NCBI GenBank assembly: GCA_005893275.1
Contig: VBOW01000018.1
Span: forward strand, 12,184 to 76,183
Reading direction: 5' to 3'
Origin: Candidatus Eiseniibacteriota bacterium
GTDB lineage: Bacteria; Eisenbacteria; RBG-16-71-46; SZUA-252
DNA: 64,000 nt
Part shown: in pieces, positions 37,667 to 47,687 of the stretch
Layout of the letters: the number at the start of each line of letters is the position of its first letter
Position numbering within the stretch: position 1 is the stretch's first letter
Made by a program: the position numbers and the translations under genes
The notes under the pieces: model-generated
Seen by the model: only the letters and a program-made list of their open reading frames with translations
Databases searched by the model: none
Told to the model about the DNA's origin: nothing

Positions 37667-38749
37667 CTACAGCCCCCGCCGTGCCCGCCGTAAGAGCTCC
37701 AGCCCCAGGCTGCCAAAGACGATGTTCCCGAGCCAGGCTCCGACGATCGGCGGGAGCGTGCCGCTGTGGCCCAGCGCCTGGCCGGTGCGTATGATGGCGT
37801 AATAGACGAAGCTGATGAAGACCGCGAGGCCGAAGCTGATGGCGAGTCCGCCGCGACGGACCCGGATCGCGAGCGCGGTCCCGATCAGGACGACGATGAG
37901 GTTCGTCAATGGAAACGAGATCTTGAGGTAGAGCTCGACGAGATACTTCTGCACGCGGCTTCCGCTTTGCTTCAGCCTTCCGATGTATTTCTCGAGCTCC
38001 CAGTAGGAGAGCGCCGCGGGATCCTCCTCGGCTTTTTCGAAGCTCTCAGGCCGCTCCTTCAGGCCGGGGATCACGAGCTCGTTGAAGTGGGCCGCGTGCT
38101 CCCCTTCGCGGTCGAAACGCCTGACGAAGCCCTGCCGGAAGACCCAGTGGCCGTTCTCCCATTTCGCCGACTCGGCGTCGATGCGGCCGCTCAGCGTGTG
38201 TTGCTTGATTTCCTGGATCACGACCTCGCGCATCGTCCTCTCGGGGATGCTGTAGCTGCGGATCAGGAACGTGCGTCCGTCGCTGCCGAGATAGGCTAGG
38301 TTCGCGCGCACGACGGCGCCTTCGAGGTTTTCCTTCTTGATGTCGCCCCGATAGATCTTGTTTCGCACGGCGTTCAGGTGCGGCATCACGGTCTCGTTCG
38401 CAGTGAACACGGCGATGCAGACCAGCAATGCGAATAGGTACAGCGGCGCAACGATCCGGGTGAGCCCGATCCCTGCAGCCTGCATCGCGGTCAGCTCGTT
38501 GTGTCGGCCGACTTGCCCCAGGGCGAGGAGGCAGGAGAGGAGCATCGACATCGGGAGCACCATCGTCACGATCCCGGGAATCGAGACGAGGTAGAAATGC
38601 GCCACGACCGCGAGCGAGACCTTGTTGTCGAGGAAGGAATCCAGCTTCTCGAATATGTCGACCACGATGAAGATGGCGACAAAGAAGAGAAGGCCCGTGA
38701 TGAGGGATGCGAGCTGCTCTCGGACGAGGTAGCGGTCGAGGAGCTTCAC
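37667..38749 (-). CDS. lptG: LPS export ABC permease LptG (YjgP/YjgQ family)
   Basis: (M)KLLDRYL, NELTAMQAAGIG, KISFPL, AWLGN. GTG overlaps the lptF stop. Confidence 0.9.
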   Translation of the reverse strand: MKLLDRYLVREQLASLITGLLFFVAIFIVVDIFEKLDSFLDNKVSLAVVAHFYLVSIPGIVTMVLPMSMLLSCLLALGQVGRHNELTAMQAAGIGLTRIVAPLYLFALLVCIAVFTANETVMPHLNAVRNKIYRGDIKKENLEGAVVRANLAYLGSDGRTFLIRSYSIPERTMREVVIQEIKQHTLSGRIDAESAKWENGHWVFRQGFVRRFDREGEHAAHFNELVIPGLKERPESFEKAEEDPAALSYWELEKYIGRLKQSGSRVQKYLVELYLKISFPLTNLIVVLIGTALAIRVRRGGLAISFGLAVFISFVYYAIIRTGQALGHSGTLPPIVGAWLGNIVFGSLGLELLRRARRGL

Positions 38750-40146
38750 GCCGCGGGGACTCGGCGCGTGCGGCGTCTGGGCCGTCGGATGATCTCGGCG
38801 GCTTGGAGCGTGAGGAAGAGTCCGATCGCTCCGATGACGATGTTGGGTGTCCACATCGCGACCGCGGGGTCCAAGAAGCGCCGGTCCGCAAGCTCCTCCC
38901 CTCCGGCAAGGCAGAGGTAATAGAAAACGAAGAAGAGGATCGAGATAAAGGCCACCCCGATTCCGCTCTTGCGTGCCCTGATCCCCAGCGGCGCCCCGAC
39001 GAGAACGAAGACAATGCATGCGGCCGGGATCGAAAACTTCTTCTGGACCTCGACCTCGAGGCTGTTCATCCGCCGGTCCAGGGCGTCCACTTCGATCTGG
39101 CGCATCTGGATCATGTCCATCGTGAGCGGGTTGATGAAGAGCTTGGGAGGTTTCCCGGGCGGCAGCGCTTCGGGCGGCCGGATCGGAGAAACGGTCCGGA
39201 GGACGCTGCGAAGGAACCCCAAGACGCCGCGGGGAGGCTGCCGCGGAATGGCGGCCTTCACGAACGCGTCGTAATTCTTGAAACCCGCCTGGTGGATGAG
39301 GGTGTCGCGGGCGGCCGTGGAAGCCGCTAACTCCTTCCCAAGTTTCATGATCTGGCCCCGCATCATCCCGAGGCTCATTTCTCGGTCCCCCCGCGCGTTC
39401 GAATCCGACCTCTCCAGATCCGCCCCCGCGTTCCGAATATTGATAATGTGGGTCTTGAACATGAGCCGCCGGTAGATCCGTTCCTGGTCGTTGGGCGGCA
39501 TTTCGTGAATTTCGCCGTCGTGGAGCTCGAGGGTGACGACGCGGCCGTCCGGGGAGCTGTGGAAGACACCCCAGTCCGCGAGAATCGTGGTGGGGCGGGC
39601 GCTCGAGTTGAGCTGGTAGATCTTGACCCCGCGGATCTCATTCGTGCGGTTGTTCACCTTCTCAACGAAGATGTTGTATCCCTCGAACCCGTCGATAAAT
39701 ACCCCTTCGCTGATCTGCGTCGTGGGTCGCTTCCGGCTCACGTCCACCATGAGGTTTGCTAGGGCATGGTTCGTCTCTGGGAGGATGTGGTTGTTGAAGA
39801 GCACGAGTCCCCCCGCGAGCAGGGCCGCGGCCGCGAGCGGCGCCCCCACGATCCGCGCCAGGTTGATGCCGTTGGCCCGCATCGCGGCGATCTCGTTATC
39901 CTGGGCGAGGCGTCCGAAGGTGGCGAGGGTGGCGATCAAGACCGCGCATGGTACCGCGAGGGCAAGCATCCAGCCCATCGACAGGGCGAACAGCTCGAGC
40001 ACGATCCCCGCGGGGATTCCCTTGCCGATCGCCAGGTCCACGAGGTCGAACATGAAATCCAGCGTGAGCAGGAAGATGACGACGCTGAAGCCGATCAGAA
40101 ACGGGAAGACGTGCTCGCGAAGCACGTACCGTTCGAGTATTCTCAT
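38746..40146 (-). CDS. lptF: LPS export ABC permease LptF (YjgP/YjgQ family)
   Basis: MRILERYVLRE, GRLAQDNEIAAMRANG, KKFSIPAAC, GAPLG, MWTPN. Confidence 0.9.
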   Translation of the reverse strand: MRILERYVLREHVFPFLIGFSVVIFLLTLDFMFDLVDLAIGKGIPAGIVLELFALSMGWMLALAVPCAVLIATLATFGRLAQDNEIAAMRANGINLARIVGAPLAAAALLAGGLVLFNNHILPETNHALANLMVDVSRKRPTTQISEGVFIDGFEGYNIFVEKVNNRTNEIRGVKIYQLNSSARPTTILADWGVFHSSPDGRVVTLELHDGEIHEMPPNDQERIYRRLMFKTHIINIRNAGADLERSDSNARGDREMSLGMMRGQIMKLGKELAASTAARDTLIHQAGFKNYDAFVKAAIPRQPPRGVLGFLRSVLRTVSPIRPPEALPPGKPPKLFINPLTMDMIQMRQIEVDALDRRMNSLEVEVQKKFSIPAACIVFVLVGAPLGIRARKSGIGVAFISILFFVFYYLCLAGGEELADRRFLDPAVAMWTPNIVIGAIGLFLTLQAAEIIRRPRRRTRRVPAA

Positions 40147-40268
40147 ATGGGCCTACCTTTTAACACATTTCAGGCCGAACCGCCGCGGGTTCCAGGTGTT
40201 CACTTTGTTACGTGACGGGGCCCCGGACCCGGTCTAACCCCTTTGATCCCAGAGCGGCCGTCGCCTTC

Positions 40269-43200
40269 ATGACACAAAACCCCAAGCTGGGCGCCATTCT
40301 CTGCATCTGCCTCACCCTCGGGGGCGGGGCCCTGCTCTGCGGTCTTGCGGAGGGCAGCCTCTGGGGCTATGCGCGCACCGATCCCGCGTTCGGCGAAGGC
40401 CCCCTCGGCGGCGGGCACAGCGAGATGCCGCCCGGGTGGCTGATGCGGCGCCTCGACCCCGCGGGGCAGATGGAGCCGCCTTCCCCTGATCCATCCGTCA
40501 GCATCGATCCCTCCAACGGCCACATCCGCGAGATCTATCGCGAAGGGGGTATCGAGACGCGCCCGCCCATGGTCACGGACTTGGACGAATACTCGGGGCT
40601 TCTCACCGCCCGAACCTATCGCCGCCTTTGGCGCGATCAGTCGAAGACCAGCCGCTCGGTGGCCCGCGGCACCACCAGGCCCAAGGGCCTTTTCCACGCC
40701 GAGCTTCCCATCGCGATACCGAAGCAGCTTCGAGGGATCCTGGGGAACGGCGCCCCCAGCATCGACGTTTCCGGGAGCGAGACGATCACGCTGAGCGGCG
40801 TGAGCGATTGGACCGTGCGACGCCAGGACGCGGCCCAGTCGGAACGCAGGCGCCAGAGCGCGTTCCCCTCGCTCGAGATGAAACAGGACTTGCAAGTAAA
40901 CCTCACCGGATCGATCGGCGACAAGATCAAGGTCGACGTGGACCAGTCGAGCAACGTCCAGACCTCGCTCGACAACAAGGTCAAGCTTCGCTACGAGGGG
41001 GACGAGGACGACATGATCAAGTCGATCGACCTCGGGAACACGAACCTTTCGCTCCAGGGCGCCTCGATCCGCCAGGAAGGGCTCTTCGGTGTGAAGACCG
41101 TGGCCAAGCTCGGCAACGTCGACGTGGTCACGATCGCGAGCAAACAGGAAGGGAAGACCGAGACCGCGCGGTTCACGCCGTCGGGCGAGAAGCGCCAGGT
41201 CAGGATCGCCGACCTCGACTACATCAAGAGGCAGTACTTCCTCATCAGTAGCACGCCGATGGTTTCTGGGGTTACTGGGTGGAAGCGGGAGACCCTCCAG
41301 GTGTACCGGGACGATCGCAGCGCCGACCACACGGGAAAGACCGAGGGGGTCGCGCGTCTCAATCCGGGAGCGCCGGCCGACTCGTCGAACCCGGAAATCC
41401 CCGGATTCTTCAAGGTCCTGACGCAGGGTACCGATTTCGACCTCATTCTCCCCTATGACACGGGATCGTCTGGGACCGAGATCCCGATCCTCAAGATGCG
41501 GTTCCCACTGAACGTGACCGACGTTCTTGCGGTAACCTACGTCGACAAGTCACCGACCGGACAGGACATACCCGTCGGAGACCCCAACAAGTTCCTACTC
41601 AAGGCGATCAAGCCGACCTCTGACGAGCCGGCAACGCTTGCCGGGGGCGCATACGACCCCAGCGATTCCTGGTACCCGACCATCCACTATGAGCTGAAGA
41701 ACTTTTACGACCTGACCGCGCGGAACATCGCCAAGGAGACCTTGACGCTCAAGGTGCGACGCCGGGACAACGGCCTTTCGGTGGACCCGGACGCGATCGG
41801 CGGCAGACCGCTCCTGGAGGTCCTGGGTCTGGATCAGCAAGGAATCACGGTCGACACGCGCCCGGACGGAAGACTCGACGACCGGTACGTGTTCCCGGAG
41901 GAGGGGGTGCTCTTTTTCCCCGACCTTCATCCCTTTGCCCCTGGATGCGACACGACATTCCCGGTGTGCTTCGACAATATGAACCGGAACACGCTCCGGG
42001 GCGACTCCGCCAACCCGAATGTCTACTACACGAAGAATACCGACTTCACCACCCAGTCCCGTTATTACATCGAGGCCGAGTTCAAGAGCAGCCAGCAGGG
42101 CTACTTCCTGGGTCGGTTCAACATCCTGGAAAATTCCGAGCAGGTGAAGGTGAACGGCATCCCGCAAACCAAGGGTTCCCAGTACACCATCGACTACGAC
42201 ACGGGACAGCTCACGTTCACCGCGCCGCCCGGGCCGGACGACGTCATTTCGGTCGACTACTCGTTCGCTCCGGGGGTCGGCCAGGTCCAGCGGACCCTCT
42301 TGGGATTCTCCACATCATATAGCCCGAGCGCGGACCTGAGCGTGACCTCGAGCATGCTCTACGAGAGCCGGGGCGCCCAGGAGCTGAATCCGAAGCTGGG
42401 CGAGGAGCCGGCGCGCTCCATGGTGGGGGACCTGGCTTCGGTCATGACGTTCCGCCCTTCCTGGATGACCCAGTTCGCGAACCTCCTTCCGGGGGTGCAC
42501 ACGAGCGCTCCCTCCACGCTCAACTTGCAGGGCAACCTGGCGGTGAGCATGCCCAACCCCAACACCAAGGGGGAGGCCTACGTGGACGACATGGAAGGGA
42601 ATCGCGAGTCGAACACCCTGGCGTTGGGCCGGACGACCTGGATGTGGAGCAGTATCCCCGTGGACACCGCCACGGGCCAGCCGATTTCGCTCCTCGTGTC
42701 CGACCATGCCCCCATCCAGTGGTACAACCCGCACAACTCGGGATCGATCGTCCACGAGCAGGACTTGAAGCCCGTCCTCACCAAGGAGGAGGGCGGGGAC
42801 AACGAGCGGAGCGTGCTCGAGATAAACATGCTGAGCCCCACCGACAGCGCCAACACGTTCACCTCCGTGACCTGGACCGGGCTGACCCAGGCGCTCTCGA
42901 GGACCGGGCAGGACCTCTCGAGGACGCGGTTCGTCGAGATCTGGGTCAACGACAGGAGACAACTCGACCACGCGCAGACCCACGCGAAGCTCCATATCGA
43001 CTTTGGCCGCGTGAGCGAGGACGCCCTCTGGGAGCGGAACGCCTTGCCCAACGACCGCCTCGATACGGAAGACAAGAACGGCGATACGAAGCTCGACAAA
43101 GACGAGGACACAGGCTTGGATGGGCTCCACAACGAGCAGGAGCCCGGGTTCACCGGAGCGAACGACCCGAACGGCGACGACTACCACTACACCACCGGCT

Positions 43201-46154
43201 CCCCAGACTACTCGGGGATCAATGGCACGGAGAACAACAGCAAGGACGATCCAAACGGCCGACCGGACACGGAAGACCTGAACCTCGATGGGCACCTGGA
43301 CAAGGACAATGACTACTTCGAGGCGACGGTCGACCTGTCGGACACCACCTACGTGGCGGTGGATGTCGCGCGGGATTACCCAGGGCATCCCGTGGTGACC
43401 AAGAATCCCAACAACGGCTGGCGGCTCTTCCGGATCCCGCTCGACGGCCCCGCATTCCATACCGTCGGCCGCCCGAGCTGGGACAACATCAAGCACGCGA
43501 GGCTCTGGCTGGACGGAATGACGGCTCCGACCAATCTCCAGATCGCCGGCATCGAGCTGGTGGGAAGCCGGTGGCTCCCGAGGCCTCTCTCCGACGATCA
43601 AAGAACCCGGCAGGTGGTCCTCGACGTCAAGGTGCGGAACAACAAGGACGACGCGGGGGGGCCCGTGTTCTACAACGCGCCCTTCGACGTCCCCAACGCC
43701 GTGGGCGGGAACGCCACGCGCCGCGAGCAATCGCTCGCGCTGGCCTACGCCAATCTCAGCCCGCGCGATTCCGTCTTCGCGTTCAAGACCTTCTCGGATG
43801 CCGGAAACGGCGCCGGGTACACGCAGTACCGAGACATCCGCTTCTACGTGCACGGGGACGCCGGGGTCGACGCCCAGAAACTGAGTGTGGTGGCGCGCTT
43901 CGGCCCCGACACGGTCAACTACTACGAATACAGCCTCCCGGTGCGCACGGGCTGGCAGGACGCCCGGATCCCCATGGAGATCCTCTCCCGTCTCAAGGAA
44001 GCGAGCAACGAGCGGGTGAAGATCGACTCCCTGACCGGCGCCGACATCGGCGCGCGCTACACCGTGGTCGGAAACCCCAGCTTCACCCGGGTGAACCGGA
44101 TCACGTTCGGGGTGACGGTGGTCGATACCACGGCGATCGGAGCGCCGGGCGAAGTTTGGATCGACGAGCTGAGGCTCGACGGCGTGCGCAAGGACGTGGG
44201 CAAGAGCGGGAATTTCGTCGTCCAAGGAAATTTCGGCGATGTGCTCTCGGTGAGCGGAAACTATCAAAAGCAGGATCAGGACTTCTTCCGGGTAGGCACG
44301 GGCGTGAATCGGGGGAGCGGCCTAAACCACACGGCGCTCGGATTCTCGAGCACCCTCCAGCTTGACCGAATGCTTCCCCTGACGGGGCTCGAGCTGCCCG
44401 TGACCGTGACCGTCGCCCACGCGACCGATGTGCCGAAGTACAGGACCGGATCGGACGTGGTGCTCGACCGGGCACGCTCCGACATCGAAACAAGGAGCAC
44501 CGACCGGCAATCGGTCGATTTCCGGTACAGGCGGACCGGCCCCAGGAAAGGCTGGACGCGCTGGACCATCGATGCGGTCAGCGGCTCGATGCGCTACCAG
44601 CGAGAGGCGAACGTGGATCCCCAGTTCAACGATTCGACCTGGACCTTCACGACGGGGGGGAATTACAGCATCCCGATCGGCGGCGGCAAGGGGATTCCCT
44701 TCTCGAAGAACGTGCGGTTCAAATATCTCCCCGACGTCGTCTCCTTCGGCGCGGACTGGAACTCCTCGCGGCACGCGTACTACACCCGCTACCTCCAGGG
44801 CAACCAGGACTCCTCCGCCCTTCGCTCGAATGCATTGACCCGGCTCCTGACGCTCCGGACCGATGCCTCGTACCTCCCGATCGGGAACAGCCTCACGACG
44901 AGCTACCACCTCGAGTCGAGGCGCGACATGTTGATCCATCGCGAGGGCTTTATCGGAAACGTGGGAACCGAGGTGGGCCGCAACCAGACGATGACCATGG
45001 CCTGGGTGCCCCGGCGGGTCCTTTTCTTGAACCCGAACATCTCCCTCACGGGGACCTACCGAGAGGACGCGGGCTCGGGGGTTCGCGTGAATTCGTCCGA
45101 TCCGCTGGGGCTCAAGAACATCGGCAATACCGGCTCGCTCCGGGCGACGACCACGATTCCTTTCTCGCGGTTCGCCAACCAGTTCAAGCCGGCAGGCTCG
45201 AGGCGCGACACGAGCGAAGCGAGCCCGCTGACCGCGCCGTTCCGTTTCATCTTCAGCCGGTTCCAGGACATCCAGACTACGTTCGCCTTCAACCGCGCCG
45301 CCGCGGTCTCGCGCGTGGTCGGGAGCCCCGGTTTCGCCTACCTGACCGGCTTCACACAGAAGTTCAACCCGTCGATCTATCGTGCCCCGAACTCGAACGT
45401 CGTGCAGAGCCGGTCGTACCTCACGACCGCCAATACGATCGTCGCGCCACTCAACCGACTCACGGTCACCGTGCACGCGGATCATCGGATCGATTACAAC
45501 GACAACCTGGCCGGCGCACGCCGCATCTACACGCTGACCTGGCCGGACCTGAACGGCAGCTGGCTCCAGCTCCAGCAAATGCTCGGCATGGACGAGATGA
45601 TGAGCTCGCTCGTGGTGAATTCGCATTACTCCGTGAGAAGCGAGGATCAGGGCCCGGCCGGAAAACCGATCGAGACCCATAGCGTGACCACGAACTGGGG
45701 ACCGCTCCTCGGATGGGAGGCGTCGTTCAAGAATGGGATCCGCGCCAACGTGAACACGTCGCTCGCAAGGACCGAGGCTCTTGACCAGCGTCAAGGCGGC
45801 GTGAGCCGGACGCGCACGAGTACGACGCACGACATCCGGCTGACCAAGGTCTACCCCGCGAGCAAGGGAATCCGCTTCCCCTGGAGCAAGCGGCGTGTCA
45901 AGCTTCCGAACGACGTCAACTTGAACCTCACAATGGGAATCACGCGGGACAAGCAGGAGACGGACCAGCCGGGGTTCCCGACCCTTGTCGAAACCGATAT
46001 CCAGCGGCTGAACGTCGGGAGCGGGACGACCTACAATTTCACGCCGTCGATCACGGGGGGGTTCGATCTCGCGTTCCGGCAGACGAAGGATTACAAACAG
46101 GACCTCACGCAGCGCGGGATCACGGTTGCCGTCAACGCGCAGTTCCGCTTCTAA
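40269..46154 (+). CDS. sprA: SprA/Sov-like giant outer-membrane beta-barrel (T9SS translocon homolog)
   Basis: About 1960 aa, signal peptide, LQVNLTGSIGDKIKV, KLRYEGDEDDMIKSIDLGN, GLFGVK, YTIDYDTG, AYVDDMEG, PDTEDLN, WIDELRL, terminal AQFRF. Confidence 0.85.
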   Translation: MTQNPKLGAILCICLTLGGGALLCGLAEGSLWGYARTDPAFGEGPLGGGHSEMPPGWLMRRLDPAGQMEPPSPDPSVSIDPSNGHIREIYREGGIETRPPMVTDLDEYSGLLTARTYRRLWRDQSKTSRSVARGTTRPKGLFHAELPIAIPKQLRGILGNGAPSIDVSGSETITLSGVSDWTVRRQDAAQSERRRQSAFPSLEMKQDLQVNLTGSIGDKIKVDVDQSSNVQTSLDNKVKLRYEGDEDDMIKSIDLGNTNLSLQGASIRQEGLFGVKTVAKLGNVDVVTIASKQEGKTETARFTPSGEKRQVRIADLDYIKRQYFLISSTPMVSGVTGWKRETLQVYRDDRSADHTGKTEGVARLNPGAPADSSNPEIPGFFKVLTQGTDFDLILPYDTGSSGTEIPILKMRFPLNVTDVLAVTYVDKSPTGQDIPVGDPNKFLLKAIKPTSDEPATLAGGAYDPSDSWYPTIHYELKNFYDLTARNIAKETLTLKVRRRDNGLSVDPDAIGGRPLLEVLGLDQQGITVDTRPDGRLDDRYVFPEEGVLFFPDLHPFAPGCDTTFPVCFDNMNRNTLRGDSANPNVYYTKNTDFTTQSRYYIEAEFKSSQQGYFLGRFNILENSEQVKVNGIPQTKGSQYTIDYDTGQLTFTAPPGPDDVISVDYSFAPGVGQVQRTLLGFSTSYSPSADLSVTSSMLYESRGAQELNPKLGEEPARSMVGDLASVMTFRPSWMTQFANLLPGVHTSAPSTLNLQGNLAVSMPNPNTKGEAYVDDMEGNRESNTLALGRTTWMWSSIPVDTATGQPISLLVSDHAPIQWYNPHNSGSIVHEQDLKPVLTKEEGGDNERSVLEINMLSPTDSANTFTSVTWTGLTQALSRTGQDLSRTRFVEIWVNDRRQLDHAQTHAKLHIDFGRVSEDALWERNALPNDRLDTEDKNGDTKLDKDEDTGLDGLHNEQEPGFTGANDPNGDDYHYTTGSPDYSGINGTENNSKDDPNGRPDTEDLNLDGHLDKDNDYFEATVDLSDTTYVAVDVARDYPGHPVVTKNPNNGWRLFRIPLDGPAFHTVGRPSWDNIKHARLWLDGMTAPTNLQIAGIELVGSRWLPRPLSDDQRTRQVVLDVKVRNNKDDAGGPVFYNAPFDVPNAVGGNATRREQSLALAYANLSPRDSVFAFKTFSDAGNGAGYTQYRDIRFYVHGDAGVDAQKLSVVARFGPDTVNYYEYSLPVRTGWQDARIPMEILSRLKEASNERVKIDSLTGADIGARYTVVGNPSFTRVNRITFGVTVVDTTAIGAPGEVWIDELRLDGVRKDVGKSGNFVVQGNFGDVLSVSGNYQKQDQDFFRVGTGVNRGSGLNHTALGFSSTLQLDRMLPLTGLELPVTVTVAHATDVPKYRTGSDVVLDRARSDIETRSTDRQSVDFRYRRTGPRKGWTRWTIDAVSGSMRYQREANVDPQFNDSTWTFTTGGNYSIPIGGGKGIPFSKNVRFKYLPDVVSFGADWNSSRHAYYTRYLQGNQDSSALRSNALTRLLTLRTDASYLPIGNSLTTSYHLESRRDMLIHREGFIGNVGTEVGRNQTMTMAWVPRRVLFLNPNISLTGTYREDAGSGVRVNSSDPLGLKNIGNTGSLRATTTIPFSRFANQFKPAGSRRDTSEASPLTAPFRFIFSRFQDIQTTFAFNRAAAVSRVVGSPGFAYLTGFTQKFNPSIYRAPNSNVVQSRSYLTTANTIVAPLNRLTVTVHADHRIDYNDNLAGARRIYTLTWPDLNGSWLQLQQMLGMDEMMSSLVVNSHYSVRSEDQGPAGKPIETHSVTTNWGPLLGWEASFKNGIRANVNTSLARTEALDQRQGGVSRTRTSTTHDIRLTKVYPASKGIRFPWSKRRVKLPNDVNLNLTMGITRDKQETDQPGFPTLVETDIQRLNVGSGTTYNFTPSITGGFDLAFRQTKDYKQDLTQRGITVAVNAQFRF

Positions 46155-47064
46155 GCGACGCCTGCTGGCGGCGGCGTTCCTCGCGGTTCTCCTTCCATCC
46201 TGCCGGCACCAAGCCTCGGCGGCGGCCTTCGACGGGAAGCAAGCCTTCGCGCTTCTGGAGCGCCAATGCGCGTTCGGTCCTCGGGTGCCCGGCACCGCCG
46301 CGCACGACTCCTGCTTTGCGTACCTCGTGGCCCGCTTGCGCGAGCTGGCGCCGGTCGTCCAGACGGACACCTTCACCTACAACTCGCCGGATCTCGGCCA
46401 TGAGGTCCGGCTCATGAACGCCGTGGCGCGCTTTCGGCCCAAGTCGAAAGAGCGGATCCTCTTCGGGGCGCATTGGGACTCGCGGCCGTGGGCGGACCGC
46501 GATTCCATCCCCGCGCATCGAAACCTCCCCATCCTGGGGGCGAACGACGGGGCCTCCGGTGTCGCGGTGCTCCTCGAGGTGGCGCGGGTGCTCCGAAAGA
46601 CCGGCACCCCCATCGGGGTCGACCTCGCCCTCTTCGACGGGGAGGATATGGGAACCGAGGCGAACCCGAGCGGCTTCTTTCGAGGCTCCACCCGCTTCGT
46701 GGAATCGCGCGGGGACGACCGGCCGCTCTTTGTCCTCGTGGTGGACATGGTCGGGAAGAAGAACCTGAACCTCCTGCGGGAAGCTATCTCCCGGGAACAG
46801 GCATCCAATATTGTGGATATGGTGTGGGAGGAAGCGCGCGAGCTGGGGGTACGGAATTTCCGATCCGGGCCCGGTCCAAGGGTATACGACGACCACGTTC
46901 CGTTCCTGAACGCCGGGATTCCGGCCATCGATTTGGTGGATTTTGATTTTCCGGAGTGGCATACGGCCGGCGATACACCCGCGGTGTGCTCTCCCGCCAG
47001 TTTGGAAGCGGTCGGCAGGGTCCTGGTAACCCTCGCAACCAAAGCTAGTTTCCTTTCCCGCTGA
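46126..47064 (+). CDS. M28-family zinc lipoprotein, glutaminyl cyclase-like
   Basis: Lipobox LLPSC, FGPRVPGT, AHWDSRPWAD, GANDGASG, DGEDMG, DMVG, DDHVPF, WHT..DT. Start uncertain. Confidence 0.85.
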   Translation: MPSTRSSASKRRLLAAAFLAVLLPSCRHQASAAAFDGKQAFALLERQCAFGPRVPGTAAHDSCFAYLVARLRELAPVVQTDTFTYNSPDLGHEVRLMNAVARFRPKSKERILFGAHWDSRPWADRDSIPAHRNLPILGANDGASGVAVLLEVARVLRKTGTPIGVDLALFDGEDMGTEANPSGFFRGSTRFVESRGDDRPLFVLVVDMVGKKNLNLLREAISREQASNIVDMVWEEARELGVRNFRSGPGPRVYDDHVPFLNAGIPAIDLVDFDFPEWHTAGDTPAVCSPASLEAVGRVLVTLATKASFLSR

Positions 47065-47111
47065 AATTTCCGCTTGATCGGACGGCTCTCCGCGGGCTAA
47101 TTTGACGGGTC

Positions 47112-47142
47112 CGAGTGGACCCGCAGTCCACTCGAACTTTTT
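47112..47142 (+). promoter_or_regulatory. rimP leader hairpin (terminator/attenuator-like)
   Basis: CGAGTGGAC-ccgca-GTCCACTCG followed by AACTTTTT, upstream of rimP. Confidence 0.6.
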
Positions 47143-47183
47143 AGGCGCTGGCCCGGACATGGGTCGAGCCCGGGACGGACCGC

Positions 47184-47687
47184 ATGGATCGTGGACAACT
47201 GAGGGAAGAGCTCACCCGACGCCTCCAGGCCCTCCTCGGCGAGGAGATGTTCGATCTTTGGGACCTGGATCTGGCCTCCCAGTCGGGTCGGACCGTGCTG
47301 CGCGTCGTTCTGGACCGTCCGACCGGCGTCACGATTGCCGATTGCGCATATTGGAATAAGAAAATCGGCCGATATCTCGAGGCCGAGAACGTGGTGCCCG
47401 GCAGCTATGTCTTGGAGGTCGGGTCCCCGGGAATCCAGCGGACGCTGTCGCGCCCCGAGCACTTCGCGCGTTTCGTCGGCCGGAGCGTCGAGATCAAGCT
47501 GCACGACCTCCACATGGGTCGCCGCACCTACCGCGGGGAGCTGCGGCAAGCCGGAGAAGGGACGATTTTGCTCGAGGATCCGATCGCGGGGGTCGTCTCG
47601 TTGCCGTACGCGGCGATCAAACACTCGCACATCGTCGCCGACCCGTGGGAGGGACTGCGCGCGAAGGAGCGCCGCCCGAAGGGATGA
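47184..47687 (+). CDS. rimP: Ribosome maturation factor RimP
   Basis: LRVVLDRPTGVTIADC, YVLEVGSPGIQRTL. Upstream of nusA. Confidence 0.92.
   Translation: MDRGQLREELTRRLQALLGEEMFDLWDLDLASQSGRTVLRVVLDRPTGVTIADCAYWNKKIGRYLEAENVVPGSYVLEVGSPGIQRTLSRPEHFARFVGRSVEIKLHDLHMGRRTYRGELRQAGEGTILLEDPIAGVVSLPYAAIKHSHIVADPWEGLRAKERRPKG

Noticed and set aside
43053..43320. Asp-rich repeats in sprA as a separate repeat element or insertion
   Set aside because: Protein-level loops consistent with the SprA family; no DNA tandem repeat.
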